This document shows, one piece after another, positions 1 through 12,773 of a DNA stretch of 64,000 bases (position 1 is the stretch's first letter; every line of letters begins with the position of its first letter). The position numbers and the translations under genes were made by a program. The stretch comes from Haliotis cracherodii (lineage: Eukaryota): positions 72,044,001-72,108,000 of the forward strand of contig NW_027266297.1 of the NCBI RefSeq assembly GCF_022045235.1. Direction: 5' to 3'. The notes below the pieces were generated by a model. It was given only the letters and a program-made list of their open reading frames with translations. It ran no database searches and was not told the DNA's origin.

Positions 1-179
1 CATGCTTTAAGAATATAAGTACGATAATATATTCGAACATAGGTTATTTTTTATTTGACTGTTGTACATATTGAACCACGTGTACTGTAAACATCACCCA
101 TTTGCATTAATAGGTATATATATGAATTATGATCCTACTGTCTAGACAACAATAATACTGACTAGACTTCTTCTACTCC

Positions 180-368
180 CAAGATAGTTTATCATGTTGG
201 CTGGTCGTATTATCATACTATTTAGTTAGCTCATCATTTTGTTTAGTCGGTTTATCATACTGACCAGATACCTTATCATATTAAGCTGTCATTCTGTCTA
301 GATAGTTTATCATATTGTCTAGATGGCTTAACATATTGACTAGATAGCTTATCATATTGTCTAGATAT
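180..368. repeat. 21-bp minisatellite (ttatcatattgtctagatagc), left part
   Basis: Degenerate tandem copies; the same unit resumes at 4297-4490. Confidence 0.8.
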
Positions 369-660
369 GTATGAAAATTTAGTAAATGTGATCCCATCCT
401 GTTAACAAAAAACAAATATATAATTTACCATAACAACACTTACATTATTGTGCACAAAATTGTTTTATTTGAACAAAAGAATCGCTTTGTATCTTGCATA
501 TATTAAGCTTGAGAAATTTGATTTATCCAATATGGAGGACAAAATGGCATCCACCATGGCTGCCAACATAGAAAAATGAAAATATTTCGTCTTCACTTCG
601 GAATGTATGACAAATTTACTGATATATGATCTGTCACTGCAGATGAGATGCGTGATGTAT

Positions 661-990
661 CTACAGACATATTGTCATCTGAAACATGGCTCTCAACATG
701 TGTTGCTGGAAAATATCTTCCGTAGGTGGGAACATTGTAGCTGCCTTGTCACCGTTGGAAGCCTGGACATAGCCTCGGTCACCCAAGGTGTTCAAAAGTA
801 TACCAGGAGGACGAATGCTCAAGCTGAGTATGGGGACACTTCTAGGGGTGGGGGTGGGGTGTGGGGGGTGGGGTTTGGGGTGTGTTGTGGGTGGGGTGGG
901 TTGGCGGGGGCTCAATCCAAACTGACAAGTTCTTCTTCAACATTTCAACATATGTCAGCAATGTTAAAAAGGCTGTCTTCTTTGAATTAA
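661..990 (-). pseudogene. Academ-like transposase C-terminal fragment, interrupted by a G-rich tract
   Basis: ORF track 661..915(-) contains PPTEDIFQQHMLRAMFQMTI; minus-strand sequence at 915-990 gives SKKTAFLTLL. Confidence 0.55.
844..910 (+). repeat. G-rich low-complexity tract with G-quadruplex potential
   Basis: About ten runs of 3 or more G separated by short T linkers. Confidence 0.8.
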
Positions 991-2529
991 TAACTAGACA
1001 TCACCATACCAATATCACGTTTCACAATGTTTTTCTGGATCACTATTACCAGCATACAACTGCCTTTCCTGATTCACATACAAATAACTAACAGAAAATA
1101 CCCAGTCTCGATTTTCTCAGCTCCGTACAGTTACGTTATTGAAGCTTGGGTCCCATGCAGTGCATCGTTAAGTGATACAAGAATATGAGTTCAAACAGTT
1201 TTCATAAGATCTCATCCTTATCATTATCTCAGCTAATATTTAATCATCATAAATGATTTCTGTCTTCATATTGGTAGTGGGCACCCTCCACCGACCCACC
1301 CACAGCTCTCTCTCACCCGTTTACACTGTCTTGGTTCTTCGTGTTTACAATACGACAACATCAACACCAAGCAAGAGCTTAATCATGGCCGTTCATTTCA
1401 GAACATTTGAACATTTCTGCAATCATTTCTTGACTCTTGCTTGCTGCTGTATTTATCAAAGCAATATGATGAAATATTCAGAAACTCATGAATGTAATGT
1501 CCAAATGTGTTTCGAGTAGACTCTTCTAGACTCTCGACATAACGATTGTTACGACATTAGATTCATGTGTAAATGTACCTCATGTTGAATCGCTGAATCG
1601 CTAGAAGAGGGGGGGGGGGGGGGGGGGGGGGGGGCTAATGAATGACACCAATACACTTTTCACGTGTTGTGGTAAAACCCATAAATACTTGACTCTTAAA
1701 TACTTTAAATCCAAAGCACGTTTAGAGCTAAGTAGGTTTAAAACCTGTTTTATAACATAACGCATTTTTACAGTCTATGAATGTGGTAACATCATATAGT
1801 TACAGCCCTTTCAGTATTGCAGCATTGCAGCAGATAACCGAACACAATATTTTATAAAAAGTTAAATAAACCGTCAACACCAGCGAACAACCTGTCTCCA
1901 ATTTTACGCCATTTCAGATTCCATTGGGCTTAACAGCCAAATAACGATGACAATTATATGAATAGACCACTGAAGATCAGTGAAAAAAGGTAAGCATGTC
2001 CTTTCCTACTGGTAACACCTGACACTCACTCAAGTGTTTGTATGTTGCCTTCCATGCGACGCTTGTCTTAAACAAACCAGAGAATCAAGTAATGGATCAG
2101 ACAGAAAATCCAGTGACACTATACCACATTTACTGTTTTTGTGGAAACTGAAAACCCATATGTAAATTTTTGGATTACGTCTTCCATGTGGAAGTGCAGA
2201 ATTGTGTTTGGAAAGCAGCATGGATACATAGCCACATATTGTTTTTATGCCATGAGTATAGCTATGTCTCGGTTATATATCTCGATCATACTCATTTGTT
2301 GTTATTTTTGACCATTTTTTGACAGTCTAGTCACACCGAACTGTACGCATTTTGTGGTTTAAATGATTTTTGTATGAAGAATCATGTATGTAAATTATAA
2401 ATATAAACATAATAGTGCACTACTTGGGTATCGAGAGCAATAATGATTCATAAATATTCTGACGTATATGTCAGATTCTGAGGTTAATGTACCTTCATGT
2501 AAACTTTGTATGACATTGTGAAGTGTTCG

Positions 2530-2781
2530 GTTGTTTGTTTGTTGTTTAACGCCGCACCCAGCAATATTCCGGCTATATGACGGCGGTCTGAAAATAATCG
2601 AGTCTGGACCAGACAATCCAGTGATTGACATCATTGGCATCAATCAACGATGACATGCATCAACCAAGTCAGCGAGCCTGACCACCCGATCCCGTTAATC
2701 GTCTCTTACGACAAGCATAGTCGCTTTTCACGGCAAGTTTTGGCTGCTGAAGGCCTATTCTACCCCGGATCTTCACGGGTC
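2530..2781 (-). mobile_element. SINE-like family A copy
   Basis: 5' CCCGTGAAGATCC, internal GCTTGTCGTAAGAG motif and a (CAAA)n tail; degenerate TSD catt..gaagtg. Confidence 0.85.
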
Positions 2782-3014
2782 CATTTAGAAGTGATACACA
2801 TAAGGAAAAGATGCCAACTTCTTTCTTATGAGGAACACAATGATTCAGAGTATATACCTACTCCTTCATCAGCTGCTATGAAGCAGAGAACACATACATG
2901 TGAACCTGTAAGAAAAACAAAAGTAATTAAATAGCAAAGGTGGAGATTTAACATGGAGAGCCAACAGTTAATTGGCGCTGATAGGTGATTAGCAATGGAC
3001 AATAGAAGCCAACA

Positions 3015-3220
3015 CATTGTTGTTGGTAGACAGGACTTTGGTGGCTTCCCACATGATGTTACGGTCTTGGTTCTGGATGATGTGTTGGGAAATAGCGGAT
3101 TTCAGGTCTAGTTTGTTGACAGAGGTCTGATGGTCTTTGAGTCTGGGGTCTGAGAGTTTGCTGGCTACAGTTGCAGGGGATATGGTATATGCATTCTTGG
3201 GGTGTCTCTGCCTTTGGCTC
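3015..3220 (-). pseudogene. GIY-YIG endonuclease fragment of a Penelope-like element
   Basis: Minus strand reads CIYHIPCNC ... (frameshift/deletion) ... RLKDHQTSVNKLDLKSAISQHIIQNQDRNIMWEATKVLS, typical of the PLE endonuclease. Confidence 0.75.
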
Positions 3221-3376
3221 CAAGACAGTTAACTATTCCATTTGTCAATTGCTAATCACCTGTCAGCACCAATTAACTGTTGGGTACCTTGTTACGTTTC
3301 CACCTTTGCTATCTTTTTACTTTTGTTGTTCTTACAGGAACATATATATGTTCTCTGGTTCATAGCACTAATTCAC

Positions 3377-3410
3377 CTGATGAAGGAGTAAGTATATACT
3401 TCGAAACGTT
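3377..3410 (+). ncRNA. Minimal hammerhead ribozyme motif (PLE type)
   Basis: CTGATGA-a-GGAGTA-loop-TACTTC-GAAA-CGTT: both conserved core boxes, a paired stem II and a palindromic ACGT stem III. Confidence 0.65.
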
Positions 3411-4296
3411 TCTCAATGTAAAGAAGTTGACATCCATTAGGGAGAGCAGTTATTTTGATTTTGTCTTGCCAATTTTTTCTTTGTTTCTTCGTATATTCTC
3501 TATAACATACTCAGAACCAGTAATGGTAGTTGTATGTGAATTTGTAGCAGTTTTGATACTGTTGATATATTACTTTAGAACTTGACCTTCAAAGTAACAT
3601 TGACCTTCAAATTTACCTCTTCCGTGGTTCAAAATATCATTGCTTTTAGGCAAACCTTTAATAATATCCTATATAACAAAAGTATTTGCAAACGGTGATA
3701 TGTTTGTGTTGTCTAAAGCTATTATTAATTAAATTAACAATGGGAATAAAAAAAATGAACATTTTGACGAAATGGGTGGTGGGATAACACATTACCATTT
3801 TTTTCAAAAATCATGAAAGTTATGTGGAATATGAACACTTCCATTTCATCATAAGTCGTGTCGGCTCATTTTGAGATATGAAATCGTTTGGTTGATGACA
3901 CTAATAATTCATAGCGGTTCATTTTCCAATAATTGGAAAATGAAAATAGAGCGAAATTTACCATAGCTTGGCTTTTTCTACCAATAAGTCAATTTGTGAG
4001 AGGCTATAATTAAATTAATAGTAATTATTCACGTCTACTGTGTGTTAACTATCCCACAAATGATACAAATAAGGACTCAGTGCAAACAGTACCTTTTAGG
4101 GGGCTTTATTTGATTTTCTCTATTTTTGCAACAGAAATGTGCATTTTGACCCCAAAACAGTATCTGCCACCAAACAATTTGACCACAACCATCCTTTTCT
4201 AGTCTGTTGGATACAAACACATAAATAATATCGAAGTTTGCTTTGTTCTACCATTGGCATGTCGGCAGTTTGAGGGTCTGTCCGCTACTTAATGTG

Positions 4297-4490
4297 GTCT
4301 AGATAGCTTATCATATTGTCTAGATACCTTATCATATTGTCTAGATAGCTTATCATATTGTCTAGATAGCTTTTCATACTGTCTAGATAGTTTTGCATAC
4401 TGTCTAGTCAGCTTATATTGTCTAGTCAACGGGTTATCCTGACTAGAGAGCATAGACAGCTTATCATACTGTCTAGATAGCTTTTCATAT
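4297..4490. repeat. 21-bp minisatellite, right part
   Basis: Tandem gtctagatagcttatcatatt units. Confidence 0.85.
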
Positions 4491-5471
4491 ACTTAGTAAT
4501 CTAGACAAAGGACAATACTTTCTGGACAAACATTATATTATATGGTTGTGTTTATGATGGAGTGATTCAAACTTTATTCATATTGTTTTTACCTCCTGCA
4601 ATAGTACTTTTACTGACACAATGTCTGAAGTATTCATCTTTGTTCCAAGGATTTAATCAAAGAATTTCATCATCGTGATGAGTTTCCGTTTTCAATTGCG
4701 TCCTTATTTTGTATTTCGATAGCATTTTCTTGGACACCTTTCTTACACCAAATGCCTTTGTTCACTTTGGCAATAACTAACGATCACTGAATTCTTTAAA
4801 TTGTGTTGCGCGACAATTCAATTCTATTTCTCTTCTATCTGACTGATAAACAAACTAAAACAACAAGAAATATACCAGTTCTCCTCACAGAACGAAAATA
4901 ACCTGCACTTGGCAGCTCAACGCTCCACCTTCTACAGTTCTTCAATGGAATCTATTGGCACGTTGGTGATTATAATGGGAAATGACAAAAGGCAACTGCA
5001 GCCCTACTGAATTAGTTTGTGTAAGCCTTATCAGTCGCACCGACACAAAAGCTGTGAGCCATTTGAGCCATATTCCAGAGTCTTTATGTAGTTGTAGATA
5101 ATCATTTGGAACTCTATCCTTCTCAGATGTACAATCAAGTTTCCACCGAGGCCTTAATGGGCTAGAAATCGATGTCGTGCACATATCCTACTAGAGCCTG
5201 ACAGTGAATTAGCTTAATTTTTGACTATCCGGAAAAAAACAAGTCGTTTAGATGTATTGACTAAAACTGCTATAGCCCAATTGTGAAACACGCTCGCTTT
5301 GTAGTACAAATTGCAGAAGCTATTTATTTACGATACACACAGCCAGGTTTGTACATAATATGAATAAAGTTAACAATATCAGCAGAGACGAATAGCATTT
5401 TGTATTGAAGACAATATTGATTCTCCTGCTGGATGCTAATAAATCCCAATACCAGATTGAAATTGTAAGTA

Positions 5472-6852
5472 TACTGAACCGCAAAATAAACGTCACCCCA
5501 AGTAACATTGCATGAAAAGTTGTCAGTTAAATGTCTGGGTAATTTTTGTCAAAGATTCCAAAATTTAACATTACCGTTTCCGGAAAAATGAAATTTGATG
5601 ATTTAAAAAAATACAGCAGATGACAATAAAACCAATCGCCCAAACGCATCACGGCAACTGCCATGGTAACCCGATGCACGTGAGTTCCGTGCAAATTGAA
5701 ATGCTCATGCGTTCCACCGTTTCTTGCCCTATAAACATCCACCCAGATCGGATAACATTCATTCCTTATTGAATTGCTATCACATGCCAAGATTTGCAAG
5801 AAATCAGAGACACGAAGCCCTTGGGCGATTGCAAGCTGGAGAAACAGCCCGGCAAGTAGCCAATTTATCTCAAGTCCAAGTAACGACCATATACAGGCTC
5901 CAGCAACGGGACCAGATAGTGGAAGACCTGGGGTCACCACCCGACGTCAGGATCGTCAGATTGTGCGACAGCATCTTCAAGATCGCTTTGTTACTGCTGC
6001 GGAAACTGCTCGACAGACCATGGGAACACACCAGCGATACATTAGTGCCGACACCGTGCGTCAATGATTGACGAGCAGACACCTCCACAGTCACAGGCCA
6101 CACCGAGGACCCATTCTGACACCATGTCATCTTCAGTGGGCAACACAGCACCAGCATTGGCACCACCAGCAGTGGAGAAGAGTCCTCTTCTCAGACGAGA
6201 GTCATTACTGTATCTAAACAGCAGATGGCGACGCCGTGGGGAACTTTATTCTAATATTTGTGTTGTTGAAAGAGACTCGTGGGGTGGTCCGAGCATCATG
6301 GTGTGGGGTGGAACTGGTCTTGCTTAGAGGGTCAGCCCTGTGGTCTTCCAGAACATCGGTCCAGGGAGAGGCAATGGTGCCACAACAACTCGGTACATTG
6401 ATCAAGTCTTGAGACCACACACCATACCTCATTTGGCACGTCGCCACAACCACGAGTTTCAGCACGATAACGCCCGTGCCCACACTGTGAGAACAACAAG
6501 AGACTTCCTCCAGCAGCATTGCATCAGAACCAGTCCGATTTAAATCCCATTGAGCACCTGTGGGACGAGAATCAAAGGCGTTCCTTAGAGTTTGCGCTCA
6601 AAAGCCTTCATCATCCGCCTCATCCACACCATGACATCAATGCACATGGTGGATACTGAATTGTGATGCTATTTTCTCAGAGACTAGTGTTGTGTTTTAC
6701 TTTAAGAACATTTGACACTTTAATTTCAACCTTGATGATCAGTTTTGCCAAGTTTCATATTTTTAATATGTCTCAAAGTATGTTGGCAGTGTTTGGACAA
6801 GTGAGGTTTCTCATATATCTATTCATGGTGACGTTTCTTTTGCGGTTCAGTA
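5472..6852 (+). mobile_element. Tc1/mariner (DD34E-type) DNA transposon, near full length, defective
   Basis: About 26-bp TIRs TACTGAACCGCAAAATAAACGTCACC / GGTGACGTTTCTTTTGCGGTTCAGTA, TA on both flanks, internal transposase remnant. Confidence 0.95.
5784..6660 (+). pseudogene. Frameshifted Tc1 transposase
   Basis: MPRFARNQRHEALGRLQAG (HTH), SGRPGVTTRRQDR, WRRVLFSDES, SIMVWGG, FQHDNARAH and the NPIEHLWDE motif lie in different frames. Confidence 0.93.
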
Positions 6853-7144
6853 TATATACCCTACGTCATTAAACGTAGATTATATCGCTCAAGCAGCGCT
6901 GGAACAGTTTTAGGAGTCTTTTTTCGTGCAAGCCACACCCAGTATCTACATGCCGGGCCCAGCGTGAGAACAACACATGACTTGTACTATCAACATACAT
7001 GATACACTAGCATCAAGTTTACTTATCGTAACACAAGATTCTATAATCCTGCGTAGAACCGCTGAATGATAATATATAAAAAAGCGACAATAACGTGCCC
7101 ATAATTATAGGAAATATTTACTTTATTTAATATTTATTTTCATG

Positions 7145-7337
7145 TCGTGGGCATGTTTTTTTTATGAATCACAATCAAATAGTGATGACACCAGGTGTTC
7201 ACGAAAGAGTTGTCACGACGATTGTTCACCTGAAAAAAACTACTCACGGGAACATATGGTACAAGTAAAATAGGGAATTAAATCGGATATCATATTGTAA
7301 CTGATGCGTCAAATATAGACATGTCTACTGTAAAACT
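7145..7337 (+). repeat. Dispersed repeat family E copy
   Basis: atcaaatagtgatgacaccaggtgttc...cacctgaaaaaa...aaaatagggaatt, shared with about 10 other loci. Confidence 0.75.
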
Positions 7338-7475
7338 GGGGATGCCTACTTCTTGCCAAAATGTCCTGTCTCCAATTTTTTGCCCCAAAGTCCAGCATAA
7401 CACTAATTGTTTTCTCAGATGACATTTGCTTTCATTTTTGACAAACTGTCCTTTGAAGAAAGAGATGTAATTATA

Positions 7476-7755
7476 GTGAGTGAGTAATTTGGTTTTAAAG
7501 CCGCTTTTAACATTAGTCCAGTTATATCACGGCGTGTCACCTTAATGTCGGAGGAAAGCCCAAAGTGATTCAGGTCTCAGACGTTTACCACTTCGGTGAA
7601 ACAAACGAGCACGGGTATGGTGCTGACAAACCTAGAAACATAATCGGGGCGAACCGGGATTCGAACCCACAATCATAGGTTTCTGGCGTGCCGAAGGGAC
7701 GCAACTCTGCACAGCAAATCGCGGCGCCTTAGACGACTGGGCCGCCCGTGCCCCC
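7476..7755 (-). mobile_element. tRNA-derived SINE family C (V-domain-like) copy
   Basis: A/B boxes, GCTTTCCTCC V-like core, (CTCA)n tail; degenerate TSD tgtaa(t/c)ta(t/c)a. Confidence 0.9.
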
Positions 7756-8028
7756 TGTAACTACATCTATGGTGACTACGTTTTATAATAAGTTTGTCGT
7801 ATTGGATAGGGGCGTACCAACACGTAGGGAACATGTTGATATTAGGGCAAATTAAGAGATGACAGTGGATTGATTAAGTATTATGAGTAAGGTTTTGTTT
7901 GAGCGTTGTTTAACGTCGCACTCGTACCTAATATGGGCACATTTGCTGGGATGAGTGTTCTCCCACTTCGGGTTATGTAGGCAATGTCGTCTCTCAAGTT
8001 TGTTCTACGCGTGAGTCTGCCTGTTGTA

Positions 8029-8252
8029 TTTGTTTGTTTTTTGTCAGCAATATTCCAGCTATATGACGAGGGTCCTTAAGTAATCGGGTCTAGACCTGAC
8101 AATCCAGTGATTGATATGATGAGTATCGATCCACGCAATTGGGATACGATGACATACATCAACCAAATCAACGAGCCTGACCACCCGATCCCGTTAGTCG
8201 CCTTTTACCGCAATCATCGCTGGCTGAAGACCTATTCTACCCCGGATCTTCA
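8029..8252 (-). mobile_element. SINE-like family A copy
   Basis: Aligns with the other A copies. Confidence 0.85.
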
Positions 8253-9221
8253 GGAGAAAGACAGGCACTCTTCATGTTATGAGCGCAGAGTGTGTAGTCT
8301 GCAACAAGAAGAAATTCGTGCGTGAAACGCCCCCAAAGCCCCGTGAGACCCTACATCTGTCGTCTTTCAGACACATATTCTTAATGTGTCATGGTCATCA
8401 CGGGTCTTTCCTTTATTGGATCAGTTACAGCAATTAATAAGACAGAGCAGTGGACAAATTGCGTGTCAGTCGTGATTCAATATATTTGTGTTGTGGGATC
8501 TTGCGAAATCGCAATTCATGTAACATTAGAACAACGTTATAGCCCTAAAATTTATCTGGTGATCGTGACGAGATCCGCCATCTACAGGTCAACTTATACT
8601 TTCCTGTCTACAGATGATGTGATCTATGTCCCGCAAAATATCTACCACAAAGTAGAACCAACGCTCACTGCTCCTTTGTCTTGGTGTAAATACTACCTAA
8701 CCGTCGTTTATACCGTCGCTTCTCAGTTCTGTGGATGGCATCCGGTTTCAGCAGCAGCCAGTAGTGATGCATCGTCTTTGAGGGACACGTGGACTGCGCC
8801 GTTATGAAGCACCGCTGAAAGATGTAATTACACAGTACATAATAGAATAACAATCACCTTTCCGCGCTCGCGACATAATAGTTGTTTTCACTGTTCGCAG
8901 CTACAGTTACTCAAGGCAAAACGAATCCGCTACATGAGGCTTTGGAACTGCAAAAGGAAGAACGTTAGTTTCCAGTGTACTGGTGTTTAAGTGAGTGAAT
9001 TTACTCAACAGTTCCTGTCAGTGTCTGTAAAGTTGCTCTCTCATGTTTTCTATTAACTGTTTTGATTTTGGACATTTATAATTTAGTTGATCGTAAAATT
9101 TGGTTTTACCTGTCTATAAATATTTGTTATAGGTGCCGCCGGTGTATAGCCGGACTTGAACACTGGACACTGGACACTGGACTCGAATGGTTTTCAGCGA
9201 TTTCTTTTGATTATAGAAAGG

Positions 9222-9498
9222 TGTGAGTGAGTTGGGTTTAACGCCGCTTTGAACAGTATTACAGTTATAGCACGACGTGTCAGCTTAATGTGGGAGGAAA
9301 GCCCGTAGTGATGCAGGTCTCGGACGTTTACCACTTCGGTGAAACCCACGAGCACGGGTATGGTGCTGACAAACCTAGAAACATAATCGGGGCAAACCGG
9401 GATTCGAATCCACAATCATAGGTTTCTGGCGTGCCCAAAGGACGCAACTCTGCACAGCGAATCGCGGCGCCTTAGATGACTGGGCCATCCGCTCCCCC
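9222..9498 (-). mobile_element. SINE family C copy
   Basis: Full length; TSD ttat(a/g)gaaagg. Confidence 0.9.
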
Positions 9499-9566
9499 GT
9501 TTATGGAAAGGGTTTTGTCGCTTTAATAGTTGTACACACGTCGTGTGTAAGTATTTTGCACTGATG

Positions 9567-9913
9567 NNNNNNNNNNNNNNNNNNNNNNNNNNNNNNNNNN
9601 NNNNNNNNNNNNNNNNNNNNNNNNNNNNNNNNNNNNNNNNNNNNNNNNNNNNNNNNNNNNNNNNNNNNNNNNNNNNNNNNNNNNNNNNNNNNNNNNNNNN
9701 NNNNNNNNNNNNNNNNNNNNNNNNNNNNNNNNNNNNNNNNNNNNNNNNNNNNNNNNNNNNNNNNNNNNNNNNNNNNNNNNNNNNNNNNNNNNNNNNNNNN
9801 NNNNNNNNNNNNNNNNNNNNNNNNNNNNNNNNNNNNNNNNNNNNNNNNNNNNNNNNNNNNNNNNNNNNNNNNNNNNNNNNNNNNNNNNNNNNNNNNNNNN
9901 NNNNNNNNNNNNN
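9567..9913. other. Assembly gap
   Basis: Run of N. Confidence 1.
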
Positions 9914-10734
9914 CTTCCTGTGGGATGTTAACCCAAAGTGACACATGATAATAAAGTTTATCAGTTTAATACAGACCAGAAGTTCTGTGACCAGGGATCG
10001 TAATCGGCGCGACTATGACATCGAAACAAGCTGATCCCGTCAGATCCTCCAGTCTGCACAACCCGAAATCTCTATGCCTGTGACACACATACCTTCTGTG
10101 TCCTATCAGAGAACAAGACATGAATACCCTACTGGTCAAAATATTTACTCCTTTCCGCACTCTAACGTTATTACACGTCCGAACATATTGAAAAAGCGTG
10201 AAACTCACTCACTCTAGCTTATCACAACCAGCACGAGAACGTATCCTCTACCTCATATCATCATTTAAAAATTCAAAATCAGCTTTTCAAATATTATGGT
10301 CATAAAAATGTTGTCATAAAATACCATTCGTCCACATCTGAAGATTTCTTCTCCTAAATACAGTATTAATATAAATACTCGTTATTTGGAACTATCATAT
10401 TGAAGGAAGAAGTCTCTTAAATTATGAATTAAACGGCACTGCTACTCTATGCCATCCGTGAGCCGTGTTTCTGCCAATGACACGTTATCTGGCTGTAGTG
10501 ATCCTCCGGGCTGGAACCGCACAGCGCCAAGGAGAACCGGCTTTTCAGATAACAAGTAATGTCGGTTTCCGTCGAATGATTATCTCTTCTATGGTAACAA
10601 TTTATTTCTTGAAATAAATTCTTGTTTAAAATATTCCATTAACAGAAATTCCATCATAGAAATTCCAAAGAAACAGAGCTCTTTAATCTGAAAGATGATT
10701 TTTACAATTCCATGTACACGTTTAGCACTACTGT

Positions 10735-10950
10735 AAAGTAAGCCGCAAAACCCTTTCTATATCCAATAGATATCTGTGCATAAAGCAGGGTCGATTTTAC
10801 AATTCTGACTAAATCACGAGCATGTGTTTATGAATCAGTATCAAATAGTAATGATACCAGGTGTTCGCGAAAAATGAGCGTATCCTGCCCCAACGGTGGC
10901 ACCCGACACAAACACATGCAAAGACAAGTCAATTGTTCATCTGAAAAAAC
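10735..10950 (+). repeat. Family E copy
   Basis: gataccaggtgttcgcgaaaaatgagcgtatcctgccccaacggtggcacccg core. Confidence 0.8.
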
Positions 10951-10984
10951 TCTGGTGGTCACTCGAACACGTGTAAACTGATGA

Positions 10985-11230
10985 CAAAGCAAGCTTCAAA
11001 ATACTGGTGTTTCTGAGAAGGAAACACCAGACCATCCCTCGGACTGTAGGAGCAAGCATTGCAAAAGGTAACCCGTCACAACACGTACTGGAACAAGTTG
11101 CCACATTATAGGAATGCACGTTTACACCCCGCTTGAACCTAATATAGCGAGCATCTTGGACTTTTTCCACCTTATTGCGTCTTATCTTGTTCTCAAGAAC
11201 AGTAATCTGATCGATGACATTGGATTTACA
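10985..11230 (+). mobile_element. Possible degenerate LINE ORF2 3' end (I/Ingi-like)
   Basis: Frameshifted NPSQHVLEQ / PHYRNARLH resembles the C-terminal H-x-L-x-x-C-P-x-Y-x-x-x-R zinc-knuckle region. Confidence 0.3.
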
Positions 11231-12339
11231 AACTACTCTTTTCCCCTTCTTCATAACTGTGGCGCCGTCGCCTTAGTTCTTTAATGATCACAATAATGGA
11301 ATGAAATTTGCTTTTCTTTGTCAGATAATTTGTTATTAACTGAAACTGTGTTTTTAGATATGCGAAAAGAAAATACGACAAATTGAAATTCGGTGGGAAA
11401 TATACAAATGTTCGTCTTTGTTCTTACTGTTGACAAGGTACAGACGTGGAGTGCAGGTACCTAAGGAAGCCATAAGGAAATACCGAGCAGTTAGAGCTCA
11501 GCAGGGCAGGCTAGATCGGAGCCAAGTATTCCCTGATTGTCATTGAGTCGGCTACAGCGGGTATCAGATGGCCACCATGGTCTGACAGGATTAATTATGG
11601 ATCATCGCACGCTGCCGAACGTCATTAATCCTGCTTCGACTTCTACAAGGCTGATGCGGCTGATGACTGTGCTGACTTATGTACACTACTAAAGTATGAA
11701 TACCGGGGATTTCAACCATCTCATGGCTGGCACGATAACCTTACATATGTAGAACACGATTACCTTACATATGTAGAATACCTCTCCGTTTTGGGATGAC
11801 TTAGCGATTAATAAGAAATATCCTATGCATATATCAAGAATTGGAAAGGTGAAATTGGGTATTTGATATTTCTCAATGACGCCATTCCTTTTCTCACTCA
11901 CTTGACTGAGGGCTACGGCGCCATGCATAAACGATAAACCATGTGATTTATATTTAACCTTATTCTTCGTTTCATGACGGGACCTTTGTGTTGTATAATC
12001 TTACAAGGAGACGCTTGGTGTTCTGTGTTTTACGTCAAATTGCCATCATCAGTTATCGTCGGTGATCCTCACCTTGTTTGGTGCTACAGTTGTGACCATG
12101 CGTATCGGATATCTGTAAAGATTATTTGAAAGCATATAAATACATCACGAGGTATGTTGTGTACCCGGTTATCAACGGGCACATATATGTTTGGCTCCAT
12201 ACTCGTTTGTCAGCCTACACACCAGGAGCAACATCTGTGACGATCTCAATCCTGTATGGGTTTCACCACATACTACCCCAAAGCAGCAGCACATCTGTTT
12301 CAGAGAGTATTATGCACGAGTTTTACACTGGAATATAAA

Positions 12340-12585
12340 AATAAAAGCAACAAAACTCTTTCCATATTCGACATAAATCTCGAATTCCAACTATATCATG
12401 GGCATGTGTTTATGAATTACTATCAACTAGTGAAGATACCAGGTGTTCGCGAAAGGTGAGCGTATCCTGCCCATCCGGTAACACACGTCACAAACACATG
12501 CAAAGACAAGTCAATTGTTCACCTGAAGAAAAAAACACGGGAATATATGGTACAAGTCAAAATAGGGAATTGCACCGGACAATGC
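12340..12585 (+). repeat. Family E copy
   Basis: Same core and downstream aaaatagggaattgca. Confidence 0.8.
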
Positions 12586-12773
12586 TGGTCATAGATAGCG
12601 AGTTACCTCCCTTATGAGGTCAAGGTCACAGCGTCGTCTTTGTTTGATATGGCCTCCACATGTCCAGACTCTAGCTAATATGGGCACATTTGCTCGGGTG
12701 AGTGTTCTCCCACTTCGGGTTATGTAGGCGTCTCTCAATTTAAGTTTGTCGTACGCGTGAGTATGCCTGTTGT

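Larger units (their letters stand above)
2800..3470 (-). mobile_element. Penelope-like retroelement fragment with inverted terminal arms
   Basis: About 200-bp inverted repeat (2805-3010 vs 3225-3435) flanks a GIY-YIG-like coding fragment; the arms carry a hammerhead core. Confidence 0.8.
380..4292 (-). mobile_element. Degenerate Academ-like DNA transposon remnant splitting the 21-bp minisatellite
   Basis: Minus-strand peptide FPPTEDIFQQHMLRAMFQ and a nearby KKTAF resemble Academ-type transposase C-terminal motifs (LPPTxxAxxxHxxRAxxQ). There are aaaatggc/ccaatatgg and tgacctt subterminal motifs, and a candidate terminus near 4260-4292. The second TIR is not seen. Confidence 0.55.

Noticed and set aside
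9416-9946. ORFs spanning the N gaps (also 21998-22436)
   Set aside because: They are artefacts of translating N runs.
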